A stretch of DNA of 60,583 nucleotides from a virus (Duplodnaviria > Caudoviricetes), in IMG/VR virus record IMGVR_UViG_3300030451_001154, positions 1 to 60,583 of that record; one strand, written 5' to 3'. The notes beneath the pieces are model-generated. The model saw only the letters and a list, made by a program, of their open reading frames with translations. It was not told the DNA's origin and did no database searches. Shown in pieces: positions 20,642 through 30,040 of this stretch. The translations under genes were made by a program, and so were the position numbers. Each line of letters begins with the position of its first letter. Positions within the stretch are counted from its first letter, which is position 1.

Positions 20642-22173
20642 AAATTAAATCCGTATTGTTGTTGTGATTCTATTAAATGTAATGTCTTTTTTGCACGAGT
20701 CATCCCTACATAAAAAACTCTATACTCTGGGTCTTGATCCCATTGTTCAGTACAAGCTTTTGTGGAGTCTAACAATAAAGCTACATTATCCGCCTCTCCA
20801 CCTTTGGCTTTGTGTATTGTCGATACACGAATCCTCGGAGCTTTCGTTAGTATCCTCTCCCCTCTCTTTCTGACAGATACTATGTAAGCCACCTCTTGTT
20901 CCGATACTTTCAGAACTTTCTGCCAAGGTGTTTCTGATGTCGCTTTTAGATTGCAGTTGTTTATAATATCTTGAAGAGTATAGTTTTGATCTGATTCTAA
21001 AGAGGCTAGAACTTTTCTGCCCGCCTTTGTAATAAGATCTGGATGTATTAGTTTTGAAAATGGGAGTAACTCTTCTGTTGTCAATTCTTCCCCTTTGCAT
21101 AGTTTAAGCCATACCTCTATTGCATTCAAAACATTTGGTGATATAGACCAACCAGTGCCTTCTCTCCAGAAAAGATGTCCATCTTCTTTCAAACGTAAAC
21201 ATACTTTGTTTACTAAATAATTTGTTCTTGCAAGTATTAACCATTCGCCACTTGTTAAGTCTACATCAAGTATATCACGATACCAAGAAACAAATCCATT
21301 TTGGTTTTGGGGTTGCCATTTTTTATCTTCTCTGATTTTAACTTTTCTTATAAGTAAGTCTGCCATTTTATGTATTTCAATTGGTACACGAAAAGATTTT
21401 TTAAGAACTCTTTTATTTGGACTAGCTCCTAAAAATCTTTTTACATCCACACCCATCCAACCATAGATCGCTTGATCATCATCACCTGCATAGAAAACTT
21501 CTTTTGAATTAGGAACCAACACTTCCTTAACCATTCTCCATTGCAGAGGCACAAGATCTTGTGCTTCATCTATAATTAGCAAATCAAACTTTGGACTTGT
21601 CCCTTGACTGATAAATTTTTCTATCATGTCTATAAAATCTAATTTACCTTTTGCTCTTTTATATTTCACATAAGCATCGTTCAATAGTTCTAGTTGCTGC
21701 ACTTGTAGTTTTGAACTCCACTCTTCTGGTGTGTCCCAGTTTTGTTTAAACTCATCCATGACTGGCACTTGTTTAACTCTTGCCATTTGGATGATAGACA
21801 TGTATTTATCTCCACCTGCACCGATAGAAAACAAAGGACCGTCTTCTATATTTAATGTTTGTGATGATCTAAAATCTATACCTACGATCTTACCTAGCTC
21901 ATTGTAATCAGAGCCTCTGAACACATCTCTTGTGTTTAAACCAAGCCATTGAAAGGCTAAACTGTGTAAAGTTCTAAAATACTGTAAACTTTTATTATCT
22001 AATTGTAAGTCAAGCCAAGCACGATCTCTAGCTTCTGTGGCTGCTTTTCTACTAAAAGAAAAGAACCCTATCTTATCTGGAGCCATTCCAGTAGACATTC
22101 TATCTTTGACTATATTAATTAATGTTGTTGTTTTCCCCGTTCCAGGAGGCCCAAATATCGTTGTTTCATTCAT
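20638..22173 (-). CDS. UvrD/Rep-like SF1 helicase
   Basis: GPPGTGKT, DEAQD, GDDDQAIY, STIHKAKGGE, YVGMTRAK. Confidence 0.95.
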   Translation of the reverse strand: MNETTIFGPPGTGKTTTLINIVKDRMSTGMAPDKIGFFSFSRKAATEARDRAWLDLQLDNKSLQYFRTLHSLAFQWLGLNTRDVFRGSDYNELGKIVGIDFRSSQTLNIEDGPLFSIGAGGDKYMSIIQMARVKQVPVMDEFKQNWDTPEEWSSKLQVQQLELLNDAYVKYKRAKGKLDFIDMIEKFISQGTSPKFDLLIIDEAQDLVPLQWRMVKEVLVPNSKEVFYAGDDDQAIYGWMGVDVKRFLGASPNKRVLKKSFRVPIEIHKMADLLIRKVKIREDKKWQPQNQNGFVSWYRDILDVDLTSGEWLILARTNYLVNKVCLRLKEDGHLFWREGTGWSISPNVLNAIEVWLKLCKGEELTTEELLPFSKLIHPDLITKAGRKVLASLESDQNYTLQDIINNCNLKATSETPWQKVLKVSEQEVAYIVSVRKRGERILTKAPRIRVSTIHKAKGGEADNVALLLDSTKACTEQWDQDPEYRVFYVGMTRAKKTLHLIESQQQYGFNL

Positions 22174-23711
22174 TAGAATGGTGACTCCTCTTGCTTTATC
22201 TCTATTGGTTTCATCTGTATTTCTGCTCCAAACTCAGGTATCCACCATACTCTTATTGTTTTTGTTTTACCTTGTGATGTTTGAAATCTTTTAACAACAG
22301 AACTGTCTCCACTATTAATCTCTTTTATTCTTTCTTGAACTTGTGCTCTTGTATAATTATCAAACTTACGACTTCTTAAAAAATCCATCAAAGATTCTAG
22401 TCTAAAGTATGTTTTAGATTCTTCTGCCTCTGTAAAAGGTTTACCTAACACCACTTCTTCAAAGCTTTGTGCTTGAACTCTTCCAGTACAATACAACTCT
22501 AACAAAGACATAAACTGCCCTTTGTAAGTCAATTCCTCTGGAACAGATATTTCATTACAATTTTCAAGAAGACCATTGACTTGTACTTCCCAATCTCCGT
22601 CCTTCATTTTTGGTGGCATAAAATTTAACTGCTCCATACATGCTCTTTGAAATAATCTTGGAGTCTGTAGTTCTTCTGTTGTGAGTTCTAATCTTCTGCC
22701 ATCTATATCCAAGAACCAAAGACGAGGCTCTGATAAAATGACGGACAATCCACTAATTGATGGCATAGAGGTCATACCAATACCATGCTTCAATCCACGA
22801 CAAACTCCTTGATTACAATGAGAAGCCATAGGTTCTTCTTTACATGTATATTGATACTCTTTTTTCTCCAGTGTGTTTTGAATTGTAACTATTTCAGAAG
22901 CAGGTAAAGCTGGAGTAAAATGTTTTACATTCAACTCCTCCATCTGCGACTTCCAGTCATTAGGTCGAGACTTTTGTAAAAAAACACCTAACTGAAAAGC
23001 AGCTTTATTTCTACCACCTTCATGCACTCCGATACTTAATAAAGCACGAAGACACGGCACGAATCCTGGAAATAAATTAGCTGGCCCACCAATATTTATA
23101 TTCATAAATTGTTTTGGTAGACATGTTTGCTCTTTTATTTCTTCAATAAACTCCTCAAGCGTAGCCTCAATATAGCCATCTTTCTTTTGAATGACCGCGT
23201 ATCTGAGGGTTTTAGCATGATCAAAATAAGGAAGATTGATAAAATTACCAACATCCCCCCTTTCGACCAGAACTTGCTCCTGTTTTGGGAAAATCTCGCA
23301 ACGACCATGACCCAATCCAGCAGCAATCTCCGCAGCTTTATCACGAAAATCACTAGCATCCATCCACTCCTTAAAAAAGAAAAATATGTGTGCTCCGCCA
23401 CTTTTACTACGGCACACGATACATGGAACTTTGAGTTCCTTCAGTTTTGTGGCTAGACTAATATGGTCTAATGGATACTGATCAATGTCAAGAGCACCAA
23501 ATTTGCACTTGTTGTTTTCGTTAATTGGTATCGCTCCGACACCTTTTTTGCCATCAAGATGACCTTGTACTAATTCTAATGTTAATGGTTGTCTTACTAT
23601 AAATGATTTGGCTTTTTGTTTGCCATTCATTCTTTGGTTGGAAACATCTGTTTGTCCGTGTGCTTGACCGAACCCTTCAAATGCTTTTAAAAATTCTTCT
23701 GTTATATTCAC
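22173..23711 (-). CDS. Archaeo-eukaryotic primase (PrimPol-like)
   Basis: DID, SKSGGAH, EIFPKQ, GNFINLPY; GGRN primase C-terminal domain. Confidence 0.85.
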   Translation of the reverse strand: MNITEEFLKAFEGFGQAHGQTDVSNQRMNGKQKAKSFIVRQPLTLELVQGHLDGKKGVGAIPINENNKCKFGALDIDQYPLDHISLATKLKELKVPCIVCRSKSGGAHIFFFFKEWMDASDFRDKAAEIAAGLGHGRCEIFPKQEQVLVERGDVGNFINLPYFDHAKTLRYAVIQKKDGYIEATLEEFIEEIKEQTCLPKQFMNINIGGPANLFPGFVPCLRALLSIGVHEGGRNKAAFQLGVFLQKSRPNDWKSQMEELNVKHFTPALPASEIVTIQNTLEKKEYQYTCKEEPMASHCNQGVCRGLKHGIGMTSMPSISGLSVILSEPRLWFLDIDGRRLELTTEELQTPRLFQRACMEQLNFMPPKMKDGDWEVQVNGLLENCNEISVPEELTYKGQFMSLLELYCTGRVQAQSFEEVVLGKPFTEAEESKTYFRLESLMDFLRSRKFDNYTRAQVQERIKEINSGDSSVVKRFQTSQGKTKTIRVWWIPEFGAEIQMKPIEIKQEESPF

Positions 23712-23723
23712 TCATCACTCCAA

Positions 23724-23763
23724 AAAATAAGGGCCACATACTTGGAGGAGCGTATGTGACCCC
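23724..23763 (-). terminator. Intrinsic terminator-like hairpin with CUCCUCC loop
   Basis: GGGTCACATAC-GCTCCTCCAA-GTATGTGGCCC followed by TTATTTTTT on - strand. Confidence 0.65.
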
Positions 23764-23768
23764 AATAG

Positions 23769-24548
23769 TTAAAACGGTGCTTCGTCACCCTTATCTGCCA
23801 TCTCGTCAGCAGAGGCGGCTGCCATTTTAACCTCCCCTTTCCTCACACTTTGATACATATTACGAGCTTCTAGCATCATACTTTCTATATCTTTAGTGAT
23901 TTCTGTAATACGGTCAAGTTTATAATTATACCATGTCCCTTGATCGTTACTTTCGGAAACTGTCGTAATCTTCCACGCAGTACCATAAAGAGGCATAGGT
24001 TTACCAGAGGGCAAACGAATACCATTCTTCAAAGTATTCCATCTTCTTGACACTTTTAATTGTGTCTTCTTCATGTCAAGAACTGCTGGAGCCATCTCAT
24101 TCTCACCTTTGGCAATCACGAGATGTTGGTGTGTTCTTACGAGTTCATTACCACTTGGTAACATTTCAATAGTCCCTTCACGATTGGTAAGATTGATATC
24201 TTTATCGTCTGGAGATAACTCCTTGATAAATCCACCACCAGTAGATCGTAATGCAAATTCTAAAAATTTCTTTTCAAAATATGCTGGAACAACAGTTAAT
24301 CCAGTATCTGCTTTATAGATCTCTCCACTAACTGTATTGAATATATCGCCTTGCTCAGCACCTTTAATATATAAAGGATCTTGCTTATTGAGTTGTGGCG
24401 ATAACGCCTGCAGAATCCTAATAAAAGGTATCTGCATATCTTCGGTTGTAAAATTCTCAAGACCAGCACCAGAGTCCTCTTCAAGTAACTTGTCGAGTTC
24501 TGATACCACAACCTCTGTGGTCTTTTTCTGTGCAACTTGTGTGTCCAT
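23769..24548 (-). CDS. Putative single-stranded DNA-binding protein
   Basis: IPFIRILQALSPQ family in replication modules; acidic DEAPF tail. Confidence 0.65.
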   Translation of the reverse strand: MDTQVAQKKTTEVVVSELDKLLEEDSGAGLENFTTEDMQIPFIRILQALSPQLNKQDPLYIKGAEQGDIFNTVSGEIYKADTGLTVVPAYFEKKFLEFALRSTGGGFIKELSPDDKDINLTNREGTIEMLPSGNELVRTHQHLVIAKGENEMAPAVLDMKKTQLKVSRRWNTLKNGIRLPSGKPMPLYGTAWKITTVSESNDQGTWYNYKLDRITEITKDIESMMLEARNMYQSVRKGEVKMAAASADEMADKGDEAPF

Positions 24549-25114
24549 TACTGACCTCCTTTAATTTTTGCACGATTACCCTGGTATACCCCAAACATAT
24601 CAAGATCAATTTCTTGACCGTTTTCGATTCTGTTCTTCGCCCAAGTTCTCAGAGTCATTGGATGTATGTGAGTTTTCTGTACTGGATTCAGACCTTGCTT
24701 CGTAAGATCATCAACCACGGCTCCCGCTACATTATCTTGACCCATATTAAATCCGACAACAACTTCATTCTTAATTATATCTGCTTCACCTATTGATCTT
24801 AGAAAAGCATAAGCTTCTTCTTTTCTAGCCTCTGGTATACGAGCAGACACAAATTTATCTATTGATACTTTGTTGCCATCTACTTGTAGACTCTCTACAC
24901 CAAGCTCTTCCATTAATGAAGGAATATCTTCCTCATCAACAGTTCGCTTCTTTTGTTTCAAGTCTTTAAGATAGTCTTCGGTTTCTTTTATTTGTTTCTC
25001 AACATCTATAGATAACCGAATAAGAGACGAAAGATTCTTCGTCTTGTCTTTGCTAATTTCAAACGCTTGAGGATTAGCTGCCTCTTCTTCAAATAGTGAA
25101 AACACATCACTCAT
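24548..25114 (-). CDS. Conserved replication-module protein
   Basis: N-terminal coiled coil, IHPMTL motif. Confidence 0.65.
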   Translation of the reverse strand: MSDVFSLFEEEAANPQAFEISKDKTKNLSSLIRLSIDVEKQIKETEDYLKDLKQKKRTVDEEDIPSLMEELGVESLQVDGNKVSIDKFVSARIPEARKEEAYAFLRSIGEADIIKNEVVVGFNMGQDNVAGAVVDDLTKQGLNPVQKTHIHPMTLRTWAKNRIENGQEIDLDMFGVYQGNRAKIKGGQ

Positions 25115-25158
25115 AGTTCTACCTTTCTCAAATAAAGTTTATGCTCTTCAGCGGTTAA

Positions 25159-25281
25159 GATACGGCCCTACAGGAGTGGAGAGCCGTATCGATATGTATT
25201 AACTATTAACATAATCGTTAGGTGAGGAAATGTACGGATCTAGGAGTGTCGTCCAGACCCGGAAAGGAAACCCCACCCAAC
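25159..25281 (-). ncRNA. Putative structured RNA, two hairpins with CACUCCU loops
   Basis: Stems 25159-25190 and 25217-25281 need G-U pairs that form on the - strand. Confidence 0.45.
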
Positions 25282-25291
25282 TAATCGACAA

Positions 25292-25459
25292 CTAGCCTAC
25301 CTTTTTGATTTGCTTGTTGTCAACTTCTTTTTCATATTCTCTTTTTGTGAGAAATGAAATCGTTCCGCCGACAGACCTATCATTTCTGTCAGCTAATTCT
25401 TTTAACTTTGTCCAAATACTAATCGGTACTGCTACTGATTTCCATTTACTCGGATCCAT
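25292..25459 (-). CDS. Ribbon-helix-helix DNA-binding protein (55 aa, not in ORF track)
   Basis: MDPSKWKSVAVPISIWTKLKELADRNDRSVGGTISFL...; SD AAGGA. Confidence 0.75.
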   Translation of the reverse strand: MDPSKWKSVAVPISIWTKLKELADRNDRSVGGTISFLTKREYEKEVDNKQIKKVG

Positions 25460-25480
25460 TTGTCGTCCTTCCTAATTAAT

Positions 25481-25671
25481 GATGAGGTAGGGGAGAAACC
25501 AAGGGAATCCACAAAAACCTTGGAACCTACCTCATCTTTTTTCGCAATTCGTTTGAGTGGTCTGGAGCTAATGTGGGAAATAAAAAAAACCACAATCAGA
25601 CTCCTCAAACTGGCATCTCGGTGGCAAGGAGGAGGGTTATGCGAACCCCTATGAAAAAACCACTTTGATGT
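25481..25671 (-). ncRNA. Putative structured leader/sRNA, three hairpins with CU-rich bulges
   Basis: Stems 25481-25536, 25551-25610, 25613-25671; TTGACA on - strand near 25709. Confidence 0.45.
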
Positions 25672-25717
25672 TATCTTAACTCTTATCACAACTATACCCA
25701 CTTTGTCAAATAAAAAC

Positions 25718-26179
25718 TTATATTTTTTTTCGTTCTTTTTTTAGTAGGTTAAATGTATGTTTTTGACTTTCATACAAAGAGCTTTGCCATGTTCTTTTTA
25801 CATCATCTTCATTCATAAAATCATTCATGTGAATTTTTTTACTTACCTTTTGTAATTTTTCAACATTAAAAAAGAGAACTGCTTTTTGTCTGATGGAACA
25901 CAAAGCTATGATGTCACAATCTTTTTTTGTGTAGGCCCGTTTGTCTCCACCTTTTGATGTAGAAAAGTTAAATAGCTTTTTATCATTCAACCATGTTGCT
26001 GTCTTCACTTCTATTCTTTGAGGCACAAGTAAACTATCGTCTATTGACTTACACGCTATGATATCTGTGCCATCTTGTTTAACCAAGGAACATTCAACAC
26101 CCATCATTGATAAAGCATAAACAACGAAAGCTTCTCCCGCCGTGCCTATCATCTTTTCCCCTCTTATGTCTTTAGCCAT
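25718..26179 (-). CDS. PD-(D/E)XK endonuclease
   Basis: G.AGE...DII...IEVKT. Confidence 0.75.
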   Translation of the reverse strand: MAKDIRGEKMIGTAGEAFVVYALSMMGVECSLVKQDGTDIIACKSIDDSLLVPQRIEVKTATWLNDKKLFNFSTSKGGDKRAYTKKDCDIIALCSIRQKAVLFFNVEKLQKVSKKIHMNDFMNEDDVKRTWQSSLYESQKHTFNLLKKERKKI

Positions 26180-27609
26180 TCTAATACCCTTTCTCCCAAA
26201 GTTATACTTGCTAGTTTATTCTTGTTTAATAATGTCTTAACAATGTGAACATCAACTGTGTTAGGACACATTAGATCAACATATAAAACTGGATGATGTT
26301 GACCAACTCTATGTGCTCTATCTTCAGATTGTTTTCTTGACTCTAAATTAAAATCATTTGAGTAATAAATAACATTTGTCGCTGCATGAAGTGTAATACC
26401 CATACCACCAGTTTGTGGATTAGATATGAAAAATTTCACATCATCTTCTAAATTTTGAAATTTTTCAATTGCATCTTGTCTGTCTTGCATGGTCGTATCG
26501 CCAAAGTAATTTACCACTGTGTTTGATCCATATGTTTGTTTTAACTTTTCTGTTATCTTTATGATGTCGTGTCTGAATCTAGACCAAATAATAATCTTGC
26601 CTTCCATCTCTTCGATTGTTTCCATTAACACATTCATACGATTGTTTGGTATCTCTTCTACTTCTCCGTTGTCTGTAACAAGATAACCACATAGTAATTG
26701 TTGTAGTCTTAGCAATTGTGTCATGACCTCTGGAGCAGTAACCATCTCTCCAGTTTCAAGCAACGCCACTGAAGTTTTTTTAATACTTTGATAATGTCGT
26801 TCTTGTTCTATTGTCAAATCAACTTGTCTTGTTGTGTATATCTTCGGTGGTAAATCTAATGCTTCTTCTTTTGTTGTACGATAAGAATAGTGAGCAATCT
26901 TACATTTCATCTCTTCTAAATTTCTGTACCCAACAACCTGGTTGAAAGAGTGTGCTCCCATCTTCACACTTCTCACTACGGCATACCTTCCTTGAAAAGA
27001 CCAGTATGAATCAAACCCCATGATTTCTTTGTCTAAAAATAAAAACTGTGCATATAAGTCAAGAGGTGATTTTGTTATTGGTGCTCCAGTTAATATTCTT
27101 TTATACTTCGCATCCTCACCAAATTTTATAAGTGCCTTTGTTCTCTTTGCTTTTATATTTTTAATTGTTGTTGATTCGTCTATGGCTAAAAGAAACTCGC
27201 TTCTATGTGTTACCTTATCTAAATACTGCAACACTTTCTTTGTAGCAAAAGCCTCAACATTGACGAGAATGATTCTAAGTCTATGCCTCTCGACCACCGA
27301 TTCACGGAGCATTTCCGTTTCTTTTTTTGTTAGACTAGATTTCCATGTGTAAACTTTATGTCTTATACTATCATGCAAATGAATAGGTATCTCGCTATTC
27401 TTCCAGTTCATGTATACACCTTTTGGTGCAACGATAACGGCACAATCAATTTCTGCTTTTTCATAAAGCCAAGCGATATTGTCAATCAATACTTTTGACT
27501 TACCACAACCCATCTCCATGAAGTATGCAAAGTTTCTTTCCATGTAACTTTGTTCTAATGCTTCTTTTTGATGTTGATATGGTTTTGTTTTGTATTTAAA
27601 GTCTGTCAA
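26164..27609 (-). CDS. SNF2-like SF2 helicase
   Basis: EMGCGKS, DEST, LTGAP, QSEDRAHRVGQ. Confidence 0.95.
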   Translation of the reverse strand: MTDFKYKTKPYQHQKEALEQSYMERNFAYFMEMGCGKSKVLIDNIAWLYEKAEIDCAVIVAPKGVYMNWKNSEIPIHLHDSIRHKVYTWKSSLTKKETEMLRESVVERHRLRIILVNVEAFATKKVLQYLDKVTHRSEFLLAIDESTTIKNIKAKRTKALIKFGEDAKYKRILTGAPITKSPLDLYAQFLFLDKEIMGFDSYWSFQGRYAVVRSVKMGAHSFNQVVGYRNLEEMKCKIAHYSYRTTKEEALDLPPKIYTTRQVDLTIEQERHYQSIKKTSVALLETGEMVTAPEVMTQLLRLQQLLCGYLVTDNGEVEEIPNNRMNVLMETIEEMEGKIIIWSRFRHDIIKITEKLKQTYGSNTVVNYFGDTTMQDRQDAIEKFQNLEDDVKFFISNPQTGGMGITLHAATNVIYYSNDFNLESRKQSEDRAHRVGQHHPVLYVDLMCPNTVDVHIVKTLLNKNKLASITLGERVLEWLKT

Positions 27610-27791
27610 AATTTAGGTTCCCAAAAAATTCCATGATTGATTTTGTCTTTCCAATAATCTGCTTGTTCTTTACACCACCGTGCGTTGAGCTTGTCTTCAT
27701 TCCACTCATGATCGTATTGTTTTTGTCTCCAATACTTTTCTTCTTTCAAGCAGTTATCAAACAGCTCTTCTTGTCTTTTGGGATCTTCCAT
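27606..27791 (-). CDS. Hypothetical protein
   Basis: SD GGAG, coupled to helicase. Confidence 0.6.
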   Translation of the reverse strand: MEDPKRQEELFDNCLKEEKYWRQKQYDHEWNEDKLNARWCKEQADYWKDKINHGIFWEPKF

Positions 27792-28143
27792 TATACTCTC
27801 CTGTTTCTATTGCCCTGGCCCAGTCTGCTAAAGTTCTAAATTCTATTTTTATATTATAATATTTAGCAACTCGGATACCTTTTCTCATGCCTTGAGTTAT
27901 TCCATGATCTCGATACACTGCCATAAGGTTAGCGTGTCGATACCATTTAAAAGCTCTTTTCATACCCATTGTTCTTTGACCAAGATCTTGCTCGTTTAAT
28001 ACTTGAGTATAAAGCAAGTGTGATGCAAAAGGTGACTCTCCACGCATCAACGAATCATGAAGGCATAATCTTGCATATGTTGAGTTCTGTTCTTGACCAA
28101 AATTTTTATTGCCGCGAAACGGCGATTCTATGATAACTAACAT
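27757..28143 (-). CDS. Nucleoside deoxyribosyltransferase-like fold protein (DUF4406-like)
   Basis: IESPF.G...GESPFASHLLY...GITQGM. Confidence 0.65.
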   Translation of the reverse strand: MLVIIESPFRGNKNFGQEQNSTYARLCLHDSLMRGESPFASHLLYTQVLNEQDLGQRTMGMKRAFKWYRHANLMAVYRDHGITQGMRKGIRVAKYYNIKIEFRTLADWARAIETGEYNGRSQKTRRAV

Positions 28144-28201
28144 TGTCTCTCCCTTTTATTACGTTTTAATCACATTTTTTCCTATATGTCAATCAAAAAA
28201 A

Positions 28202-28591
28202 TTATTCGTAAGTATCTTCGGCCCAGGTTAAACTAGAACTTGACGACTGTTGTATAGAATACTTGTTTCTATATCGTTGTTCTTTTTCTCGTACTGCTTT
28301 TGGATCATCCTCAAATTTTTCTGCACATAGTTCTTCTGATTCTTCTGGTGTTAAAAAAGGTCCCCAGTAACCTTTGTGTGAGTCAAAGACATTTTTATCG
28401 TCTTTCTTCCAGTTTTCAAGTTTTGCTATCTTCTGGATCGTCTCCACTGGTGTCCCAATCTGGAGTGAAATAGAATGTGAGTCTCTCCCCACTTTCCACA
28501 TTCTCTTTGCGACTGCTATCGCTAGGTGCGGATGGTTTGGGAAACTGGATGATGTTATCTCCAGTTTTATTGTGTATGTTTTTTTTGTCAC
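28202..28591 (-). CDS. Hypothetical protein (true start may be near 28448)
   Basis: FEDDPKA motif; 5' part overlaps another plausible ORF. Confidence 0.5.
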   Translation of the reverse strand: MTKKTYTIKLEITSSSFPNHPHLAIAVAKRMWKVGRDSHSISLQIGTPVETIQKIAKLENWKKDDKNVFDSHKGYWGPFLTPEESEELCAEKFEDDPKAVREKEQRYRNKYSIQQSSSSSLTWAEDTYE

Positions 28592-28604
28592 TCTTCTTCA
28601 TCAA
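28416..28604 (-). CDS. Hypothetical protein with NIIQFP motif
   Basis: SD GGGAGAG upstream; overlaps 28202-28591 in another frame. Confidence 0.5.
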   Translation of the reverse strand: MMKKSDKKNIHNKTGDNIIQFPKPSAPSDSSRKENVESGERLTFYFTPDWDTSGDDPEDSKT

Positions 28605-28836
28605 TCTCTCCCTCTTCCAATATCATGCCTTGCATCAAACCCATTTTGGAACTTTCTAAGTACCAAAGAACTTCAGCAGGGTCTTGGAATGTAGATATAA
28701 GTTGGACTTGACCCTGTTTTGTTACCCCCATGATAACTACATTCTCCAACCTAGCTTTTGCCAAATCACATACTCGTTCTATTGGCATTTGTGTCCTCTT
28801 TAATTTATAAGGAAATTTTAATACGTTGTCACTCAT
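28588..28836 (-). CDS. Hypothetical protein
   Basis: ATG 28836 (MSDNVLKFP) coupled to upstream stop. Confidence 0.65.
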   Translation of the reverse strand: MSDNVLKFPYKLKRTQMPIERVCDLAKARLENVVIMGVTKQGQVQLISTFQDPAEVLWYLESSKMGLMQGMILEEGEIDEEE

Positions 28837-29006
28837 TTTTGTGGTTGTCCTTGGCAACAATCTTCAATTACTGCTTTGCATACAACACATTGTAAGTGTC
28901 CATGTACGTCTATTGTCTGTAAAACTGTCTTGCATCTCGGACATAGCTTCCCGGTACAATGGTCTTTTACATCTAAAATTGTTTGATCTTTAGGTAGTTC
29001 TTCCAT
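28833..29006 (-). CDS. Small zinc-finger protein (57 aa, not in ORF track)
   Basis: CPRC...HGHLQCVVC...CC; SD AAGGAG. Confidence 0.7.
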   Translation of the reverse strand: MEELPKDQTILDVKDHCTGKLCPRCKTVLQTIDVHGHLQCVVCKAVIEDCCQGQPQK

Positions 29007-29220
29007 TATTGTTCTCCTTTTTAATACATTTTATAGTCATTGAATGTGGAACTGGTATTGTATTTCTAATATTCCACATCATTTCACTCAATCTTGTTTG
29101 GCATTTCTCTATTGTTTTGTAACCTTGTGGCTGTATCATGTCATGTATTTCAATACAATTAGGATTAGCGATTGGTGAGCAAAGTAATATTATAGCAAAG
29201 AACATAATTAAATCTACCAT
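28990..29220 (-). CDS. Small secreted/membrane Cys-containing protein
   Basis: Hydrophobic N-terminus, four Cys. Confidence 0.55.
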   Translation of the reverse strand: MVDLIMFFAIILLCSPIANPNCIEIHDMIQPQGYKTIEKCQTRLSEMMWNIRNTIPVPHSMTIKCIKKENNNGRTT

Positions 29221-29296
29221 GCTTTACTCTTTCTGCCAAACGCATATAGTGTTTCTGTCATATTTTTTTGTGTGTAAACTTTTTTTAAAAAATAGG

Positions 29297-29382
29297 TGTA
29301 ACACTGTAACACTGTAACAAAACGTCTGTAACCCATACTGACACTAGAGTTTCTTGTTACACTTCTGTTACACTTGTTACAC
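29297..29382. repeat. TGTAAC direct and inverted iteron-like cluster
   Basis: TGTAAC at 29297, 29305, 29313, 29327; inverted TGTTACAC at 29355, 29366, 29375. Confidence 0.8.
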
Positions 29383-29465
29383 TTCATATACGATTTATGA
29401 TGACACGCGGGCATTTTTTTGTGTTTTGAATTGAAAAAATATGGGGAAAACACTATTATAAGGCT

Positions 29466-29975
29466 ATGCCAAAAGAAAAATTTCTTACAAATAGACAAAA
29501 AGAATTTGCTAAATTTATAGTTGAAGGCACTTATTCCAATGCGGAATGTGCTAGAAAAGCTGGATATTCTGAAGGACAAGCAGCTAAAACTGCAAGTCTT
29601 TTGCTCAATGGTAAAGATTTTCCCCTGGTCGTGGATCATGTCAAAGATCTTCGTGAAGCCAGAGAAAAGAAATATGGTGTCACTTTGTTGGGTCAGTTGA
29701 AAAGATTCTCTGATCTTTCCAAGGGAGCAGAAGAGTCTGGACAATTTTCTGCTGCGGTCAATGCGGAGAAGATTAGATCTGCACTTGGTGGTCTTGCTAT
29801 AGATAAAAGAGAAACAAATGTTGTACATCAATTAGATAAACTTTCTCGTGAAGAGATCGTGGCTCGACTCTCTGAGATCAGAAAAGCCTATCCGTCTGCA
29901 TTCATTGAAGGTGATTATGAGGTAGTCGGAGAGGACAAGGGGAGGAAAACCCTCTCCGACAAGGGCGTTGATTAG
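29466..29975 (+). CDS. terS: Terminase small subunit
   Basis: LT.RQ..FA...NA..CARKAGYS...A..LL HTH signature; AAVNAE. Confidence 0.8.
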   Translation: MPKEKFLTNRQKEFAKFIVEGTYSNAECARKAGYSEGQAAKTASLLLNGKDFPLVVDHVKDLREAREKKYGVTLLGQLKRFSDLSKGAEESGQFSAAVNAEKIRSALGGLAIDKRETNVVHQLDKLSREEIVARLSEIRKAYPSAFIEGDYEVVGEDKGRKTLSDKGVD

Positions 29976-30040
29976 CAATTCCCGTAATTGCCTCGTGCTA
30001 TTAAGAAATAACACACATAAATTTTGCAAGTCAAGTGACA

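Noticed and set aside
25132-25155. CTGAAGA...AAAC hammerhead-like core on - strand
   Set aside because: No stem II or GAAA in the required arrangement.
29214-29831. 205-aa minus-strand ORF
   Set aside because: It is antisense to TerS and runs through the repeat cluster; no motif or SD.
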